This document shows positions 56,641 to 64,000 of a stretch of DNA of 64,000 bases, one piece after another. The notes beneath the pieces are model-generated. The model did not search any database and had not been told where the DNA came from. It worked only from the letters and a program-made list of their open reading frames with translations. The translations under genes and the position numbers were made by a program. Each line of letters starts with the position of its first letter. Position 1 is the stretch's first letter. The stretch comes from Octopus vulgaris (Eukaryota): positions 210,986,001 through 211,050,000 of the forward strand of contig OX597814.1 in assembly GCA_951406725.2 (NCBI GenBank). Direction: 5' to 3'.

Positions 56641-56956
56641 GTACGTATATATGCATATATATATATATATATATATAATAAGCAGGAATTGAGACCCACC
56701 TCGTTGTGATTAACAATGGATAAATTTGTCGTCTGTGAGTATGTAATCCTCATCATATCTCTGGAAATTCATATGTGCACTATGGATTAGGTCACCTTCT
56801 CTGTGATGCTGTTAAAACTTTTTTAAAATTCTGTGATAAGACTGTACATCATCTTTAAAGAACTTTAATGAACTTTGGAAATCTGTTTATGTTACTTAAT
56901 TATCTACTTCATGAGTATAGCCTCAACCAATAGGATGTCTAGAGAACTCACATGTA

Positions 56957-57046
56957 TTTTAACTGATGAGTACGGACACGTTTATATGCTGTAATTTTTG
57001 CAACTTTTAATAAAGCCTGTCCTTGTATGAAATGATTGTACTAAAA
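56957..57046 (+). ncRNA. Degenerate hammerhead motif with long stem II
   Basis: ttttaa-CTGATGA-gtac-ggaca...tgtcc-tt-gtat-GAAA-tgatt-GTA-ctaaaa. Confidence 0.5.
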
Positions 57047-57075
57047 ACCTATCCATTCTTGTTGCTTCTTTCTCG

Positions 57076-57162
<87 letters not shown>

Positions 57163-57999
57163 TTATTTATATTCTTATATGATTGAATATATATGTTTGT
57201 GTGTGTGTGTGTATCTGTGTGTCAGTGTGTGTGCATGATTCAAAATCGTGCAAAAGGAAGAAAAACAAAACAAAACAAGTTGTTGGCTAAGTGATTGCAC
57301 AGGATGAATTGACTGGAAGAAAGGATTTGGTTGCAGACACCAGTGGCAAGGGAGACAACTGTAATCTATCTAAACTGTGTATGCGTTGACATATGTGTCT
57401 CTGTGCGGACAATTGTGCTTATATGTGAGTGGGCGAGGGTGAGTATGCGCGCATGTGTTTATGTGTGTGCGTGTGTATGAGAGCGAGTGTTCGTGTCCCT
57501 GTTATGAATTGGTGTGCGCTGTTGGATAAAGTGCATGTGTGTATGGAATTGATCTATGTGCGTTTATATTCAGTGTCACTGCGTATGTATATGTGTTTAA
57601 GTACGCTTATATGTATGTGTGAAGGAATCTGTCACATACGTCTCGTGGGAAGACATGCGATTTTGATATGGGTAAAGGTGCAATGGGGAGTTGGGGTAAA
57701 AAGAGGTAGGGGTTAAAGAGTGTGGATGATTGACTTAACACATGCTACGATACATGATGCAAAGATTTATGCGTGGGTGCCGGTGTTTATGGTGAAAAGA
57801 AGAGTGTCCGTGTGCGTGTGCATGTTTGTGGGTGTATTTATATGCAGTAGGGGCATAATGAGGTATGTGGACTGCATACTGAATAGGTACGGTGTAGAGA
57901 AAGTAGATAGTATAGAGGCAGGTGTACATGTCTGTGGTGGTGGGTTTAGATGATAAGAGCTGATGAATCGATATCAAAAGAGATTAAAGAATTAAGAAA

Positions 58000-58690
58000 G
58001 AAAACATACACATGCTCTCAATGGAGGTGCGATTACGGGTGGCTACTGAGTAGTCCAAACTGCTGTAGGATATGAGCGGGCCAGCGGCAGTGGTAGGAGA
58101 AAGGAATACCGTTGCCAAGTCTTACATCCCGGTGATGCTCGGCAAACCGGTCAGATAAATACGGATCTGTTTCGGCAAGGCAGACAGAATGACAAAGAGA
58201 GCGGATGCACGGTCAATTGATCGGGTAAAGACGGTTTGGATAATACTGGATGGATATTTGTTGGTTGAAGTGGGATGCTATGAATTGAAGCTCGAAGTCA
58301 TGGTTGCGACACCACAAAGTCAGCGGAGGCGGAAGAAATGAGAATAAGGGATGGCAAGTTTGATATACGTAGGGACAAGGAGATGTTGAGGTAGGTGTAT
58401 GAATGTGCGGGGTTATAGTGAATGGAACTGGAGAGTAATAGGGATTGTAATAGAAACGTAGTGAAAGTAGATAGAGGTGCTGTAGACAGAACAGAAAAAT
58501 TAGAGGGAGATGGAAGGCCTGAAGGAAAGACAGGAATGAGACGAGATGTATGCGGTGGAGTGAAGCACATTCTCTCTCCCATGTCCACTCCCAGAACCTG
58601 ATGGTAAAATTCACACGCGAATGAAAATCAATTTCGATAGAGAAAAAGTTCAGCCAATAGGAGGAAGATCGATAATTACATCGTGTGTCT
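58000..58690 (-). pseudogene. Penelope-like element relic (RT, thumb and GIY-YIG pieces, internally deleted)
   Basis: LLAELFLYRN*FSFACEFYHQVLGVDMGERM; SIHYNPAHSYTYLN; AIPYSHFFRLR*LC; IDRASAL; CLAETDPYLSDRFAEHHRDVRLGN. Confidence 0.8.
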
Positions 58691-59552
58691 GAATGTACAA
58701 GTTTACATACGTACTCCTGCATGTACGTATGTATGTATGTATGTATGTATGTATGTATGTATGTATGTATGTATGTATGTATGTGTATGTATGCATGTAT
58801 GTATGTCTCTCTGAGTGGGCATTATGATTGTTCGCCTGTGCAATCGTACGTGTCTACTATGTTAATAATCTAAATATTTTCGGGTTTAAACATTTTTTTC
58901 TTTAATTTCATTCTATATTTTCTTAATAGTTCTTATTGTTTATTTAACATAGAACCGTAAGTGCCTTTAGTCCATTAAAATTTTATAGACTTGCTCTACA
59001 TTTTCAGAACGCAGTTGATGACTGGCAGATTTGTTACTACCTTTTAACCATTTTTTTCTTGAGTGGCTGTTGCAAGTGATTTAATGACGAAAACCAATTA
59101 CCGTTCGCTCAAGTACCTTAGAGTTAATCGTAAATCATATATAAATCTAACAGTATCGAATTACAAAGTTTTTCGTATAATCCTTGTTCAGTAATATAAT
59201 TGTTAGCACTGCGAAAAGCTAATATATGATTCACTGAGAAAATGAAAATGAGAGGCTATAGAAATTTTAATGAACGTAGAAAAGATAATGTTCCAGGCTG
59301 AGTGTAGACGTATGCCCATAAAACTTTTGAAGTAATAGTAGATCCATCACTAACTACGTAATTTTATCCATCTTACCGCGTATTTGCGAAACAGGTGATA
59401 TCTTAATCACTGTTTTCCTCTATGAGTTCCAACCTACTATTGAATAAGCATACCGTCACTAATTGATTCATCTAGTAAAACTACTGAAGAAAACAGAAAT
59501 ATAGGAACTTATTGCCCGTTACTGATATGCTTCTACACTCTTCAGCGCTATA

Positions 59553-59636
<84 letters not shown>

Positions 59637-59749
59637 TCAGATGAATGTGGTACTTAAGGTAAAGACACCAGAATTTAGTATGGTATTATCCATATAAATG
59701 AAAATAGGGTGATTATAATCAAAATAAGCAACAAGGATATCCAGAGGTA

Positions 59750-59838
59750 ATGCAGTACGATCGTTTCATGCGACTCCATTTAATTGAACAATGCAAACAT
59801 TGCATCAATTTAAAATGTAGAGCAATCTTCAGCTGCAT
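59750..59838 (-). ncRNA. Type I hammerhead motif with intact core
   Basis: atgcag-CTGAAGA-ttgc...gcat-GAAAC-gatc-GTA-ctgcat; 6-bp stem I; palindromic stem III ACGATCGT. Confidence 0.75.
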
Positions 59839-60131
59839 AAAAATATAGAATTTAGTTAAATTCGAAGGATTCATTTGTATAATTTTCTTTTTATCCAAAA
59901 TCACCTATTCAATATCCTGCTGGTTGTGTACCCAATTATTCATACCCAAATGCTGGTTATTGCATGGCAATCTCGTCATTGAGTGTCACATATGGGCGGG
60001 GGTAAAAGTGGTTTACCCTTAATTTATACAGCAAATAAGAAAATGGGAGGATACAAAATGACATACATCAGTCGGTAGACATTCCAGTGGGTCTATTTAT
60101 TCCAAAACATAAAAATGTATTAGAAGAAAAC

Positions 60132-60590
60132 GGTTCCTTACGGCCGTTTTTGCCAAGAGGCAACGAAATCCTCCTTGCCATCTCCATCTCTACTATAGAG
60201 ATGGGCAGATAAAGTTTTGATGATGAGTGTCAGTATTAAGAAGGGCAGAAAAAGAATTGGAGCAAACATGAGGTTGGGGGAGAAGTACAACTTATTATAA
60301 TGAATATAGGAAGGGGAAATAGGCCACAAACCTCCCGTGATGTATTCCTGGATCCCTGTTACTTCGTCCAACGGTGGATAGGTGATTATAGGATAATAAT
60401 GAAAAGCACACTGAACCTATTGTTAACTATTTTATGTATTAGCCCTCCTAACCACTTATACCATCCAAAGAAGCCTAGAGGCACACACATAATCCAAACT
60501 TTATATGCCCATCCCTACAGAATACTGAAGAGATGGAGATGGCATAGAGGATTTCTTTGTCTCTTGACAGAAACGGCCGTAAGGAACTGA
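60132..60590. repeat. ~100-bp imperfect inverted repeat pair ending in GAAACGGCCGTA
   Basis: 60132-60230 is the reverse complement of ~60482-60589. Confidence 0.75.
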
Positions 60591-60793
60591 TCTTTTGATT
60601 TCCTTGTAATATGTGAAACGCATAATTACTACATGTGTATGTTTTCTCCATTTTCTTATTTGCCGTATATATATGCTCTTATTTGTTTCAGTCATTTGAC
60701 TGTAGCCATGCAGGTGCTCCACTCTTAGCCGTACAAATCGATCCCAGAACTTATTCTTTGTAAGCCTAGTAACTTAGACACACACACATGCCC

Positions 60794-60842
<49 letters not shown>

Positions 60843-60844
60843 TT

Positions 60845-61151
60845 TTTAGTCTTTAGTCTTTTACTTGTTTCAGTCATTTGACTGCGGCCATGCTGGAGCA
60901 CCACCTTTTAGTACTTATTCTATCGGTCTCTTTTTGCCGAACCGCTAAGTGACGGGGACCTAAACACACCAGCATCGGTTGTCAAGCAATGCTAGGGGGA
61001 CAAACACAGACACACAAACACACGCATACATATATATATACATATATACGACAGGCTTCTTTCAGTTTCCGTCTACCAAATCCACTCACAAGGCATTGGT
61101 CGGCCCGGTGGTTGGTTAGCAAGCTACTTACCACACAGCCACTCCTGCGCC

Positions 61152-61197
<46 letters not shown>

Positions 61198-61357
61198 CGA
61201 TGGGCTTCTTTCAGTTCCCGTCTACCAAATCCACTCACAAGGATTTGGTCGGGCCGAAGCTATAGTAGAAGACACTTAACGAATGTGTCAAACTGTGAGA
61301 CTGAACCAGGAACCATGTGGCTGGTAACCAAGCTACTTACCAGACAGCCACTCCTGC
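60845..61357 (-). mobile_element. SINE family C: internally deleted copy plus adjacent 5' half
   Basis: Reverse-complement identity to 19780-20197. Confidence 0.85.
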
Positions 61358-61757
61358 ATACATATATAGCATTTATGCACATATACAAACAGAAACAGGC
61401 ACATGCACATACATGCACACATTCGTGTGTGTGTGCGTGTGTGTGTGTGTATGAGTGCGTATGGGTCTGTATGTGTACGCAAATGTGTGTGTTTTAGATT
61501 TGGTGGATTTATTTATTACAAGTCTAGGACGGCAAGGCACCTAGTATGACCTTCACCACTTTAGTTGAATCGGACTCGCATTATTCAAAATATCCGATTA
61601 TGATAAGTGTTCAAGTTTTCCTTTCTGCCTTGAAATTTTTATATAATAATTTATAGTTTTTAAGCACACTATTTCTTTTTTACCTATTATCCCATAGTAG
61701 GCTGTTGTCTCCTTTCTTAATTTTATATCCTAATGAAGGATCAACATATATATATAT

Positions 61758-61990
61758 AAGGCGTCGAGCTGGCAGAATCGTTAGCACGCCGGGCGAAATG
61801 CGTAGCCGTATTTCGTCTGCCGCTAGGTTCTGAGTTCAAATTCCGCCTAGGTCGACTTTGCCTTTCATCCTTTCGGGGTCGATAAATAAAGTACCAGTTA
61901 CGCACTGGAGTCGATATAATCGACTTAAACCGTTTGTCTGTCCTTGTTTGTCCTCTCCGTGTTTAGCCCCTTGTGGGTAGTAAAGAAATA
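61758..61990 (+). mobile_element. SINE family B, full length, within (TA)n
   Basis: Matches 6003-6236. Confidence 0.9.
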
Positions 61991-62604
61991 TATATATATA
62001 TATATATGCCCACACACGCATACATACTTGCTGACGTACACTCAGCTTTGTACCTGTTGGATACTAAACATTCATACATGAGTGCTATTAAAAAAACAGA
62101 GACTCCGTATGAAAATATAAATGATAATCTCGAACTATTTTCAAATAAAAGATTTGTATCGTTTCTTTATAAAATGATGAACATTTTTGATATATATTGA
62201 AAACTCCGGCAACGGTGACGACATCTTTCCCTTTTATACACATATAAATCATTATATAGTGCAATTGTTAGACTTACCTTAAATGTTTTTTTTACCCCTT
62301 CCCGAAACGGTACTTCCAGTTCTCTAAATTTTTGTGGAAAGTTTTTTTTTCTCTCTCTCAATTTCTCCTACTTTAAGTAACTCACACGCACGGACTTTTA
62401 TTTCAAACATGTAATATTGATTACTTAATATTTACTATTTAATGTTTACGTAGAAAGAGCCTAACCAAACTTCGTACATTTTTTATCGAGATTCTTCCTA
62501 AGCTGCCAGAGATACTGGCAGACAATCACAACACCTTGCAGTTTTGATCAACAGTTGCACCGTAAACAAATTTCCACACACCTCTTTTCATTTGATTGAT
62601 AAGA

Positions 62605-62978
62605 TGGGATGGAAGCACTCCGTCGGTTACGACGATGAGGGTTCCAGTTGATCCGATCAACAGAACAGCCTGCTCGTGAAATTAACGTGTAAGTGGCTGA
62701 GCACTCCACAGACACGGGTACTCTTAACGTAGTTCTCGGGGATATTCAGCGTGACAAGGCCGGCCCTTTGAAATACAGGTACAACAGAAACAGGAAGTAA
62801 GAGTGAGAGAAAGTTGTGGTGAAAGAGTACAGCAGGGATCACCACCATCCCTGCCGGAGCCTCGTGGTGCTTTAGGTGTTTTCGCTCAATAAACACTCAC
62901 AACGCCCGGTCTGGGAATCGAAACCGCGATCCTACGACCGCGAGTCCGCTGCCCTAACCACTGGGCCATTGCGCCTCC
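62605..62978 (-). mobile_element. SINE family A, full length, 12-bp TSD
   Basis: TSD tgattgataaga at 62593-62604 and 62979-62990. Confidence 0.9.
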
Positions 62979-63644
62979 TGATTGATAAGAATCACATTCG
63001 CGTCCACACGTTGTCATATATTTATGAACGTACAACACTCATCCACCACACATATGTATGTATATATAAATGTAACAGTGTGTGTATATATATAGGACTC
63101 GTCTACGTATATATTTGTGATTTGATATGCTAGCCTAAATGTGAATTTACGTATGAAGGTTTGACTGCTCATTTATCGTGAAATCGTTTACGAACTTAGC
63201 CTAATGCAATTTCCTGCTCAAGCAGCTGTGTCATTGCCTGGGCCTGCTATGGAAAACGTATCCTCTGTTGAGGGTGTGTATTTGGGTTTAATATCAAATA
63301 AATAAATATCTTAACAAATAATAATTTGCAAAATGAACTGCACATGAATTAATCATTGAGTTTCACCCTTGCTAATATGCAGAAAGCGAATATAAAAAAA
63401 AAATTGTAATCCTGCTATCTATCATATTTATGTATTATATCATATTCCATAATTATATTACATTTCATTTATGCGGTGAGCTATCTGATCGATATGTGCT
63501 TAGGGCATTTCATTGGTCATTAGTTTCGGAGGTCCAATCGTGGCATGGTTCATTTTACCTTTCGTCCTTTCCATTAAATAATACCAGTTGTAAAGTTTGA
63601 TCCGACACCGCAAAATATCATGTCTCATGCCTATACAAGAAAGG

Positions 63645-63691
<47 letters not shown>

Positions 63692-63768
63692 ATACCGGAG
63701 TAAACACATAAATGTGAAACAAGGTGGAAAAAAAGAGTACTCAAATACCAGTGGTAGAGTAATATGCT

Positions 63769-63949
63769 TTATTTCAAGCAGCAGAAAATTCAACAAAACC
63801 TGTTACTCTGAGTTTCCCGTTGCCGTTCATCGGACAGTTTTTGCTAGAATAGAACCGATATGACATATCGGTTCTATTCTAGCAAAAACTGTCCGATGAA
63901 CGGCAACGGAAACTCAGAATAACAGGTTTTGTTGAATTTTCTTGCTTGA

Positions 63950-63954
<5 letters not shown>
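63769..63954. repeat. Near-perfect ~186-bp palindrome with a hammerhead-like motif in each arm
   Basis: Centre ccgatatg-a-catatcgg at 63863; motifs at 63800-63837 (-) and 63889-63925 (+). Confidence 0.85.

Positions 63955-64000
<46 letters not shown>

Noticed and set aside
62900-62978. tRNA-Arg gene
   Set aside because: It is the SINE head: no proper acceptor stem, and it continues into a repeat body with TSDs.

Overview
AT-rich, microsatellite-saturated eukaryotic non-coding DNA. The repeat repertoire suggests an octopus/coleoid genome (inference). I found no intact host gene; almost all listed ORFs are microsatellite or SINE artefacts. Recognisable content: three tRNA-derived SINE families, a dead IR/DR-type Tc1 element, a mariner relic, a non-autonomous Helitron, an RTE 3' end, three R4/Dong LINE 3' ends, and several Penelope-like element (PLE; RT + GIY-YIG) relics. 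The main signal is an unusually dense set of type I hammerhead-ribozyme (HHR) motifs carried by roughly ten unrelated short repeats, mostly sitting in (TA)n/(TTA)n tracts and often arranged inverted and/or in tandem. The best case is a young ~353-bp repeat at 55095-56152 with three near-identical intact HHRs on both strands, i.e. a retrozyme-like element predicted to release a structured 353-nt RNA that could circularise. All folds and translations were done by eye.
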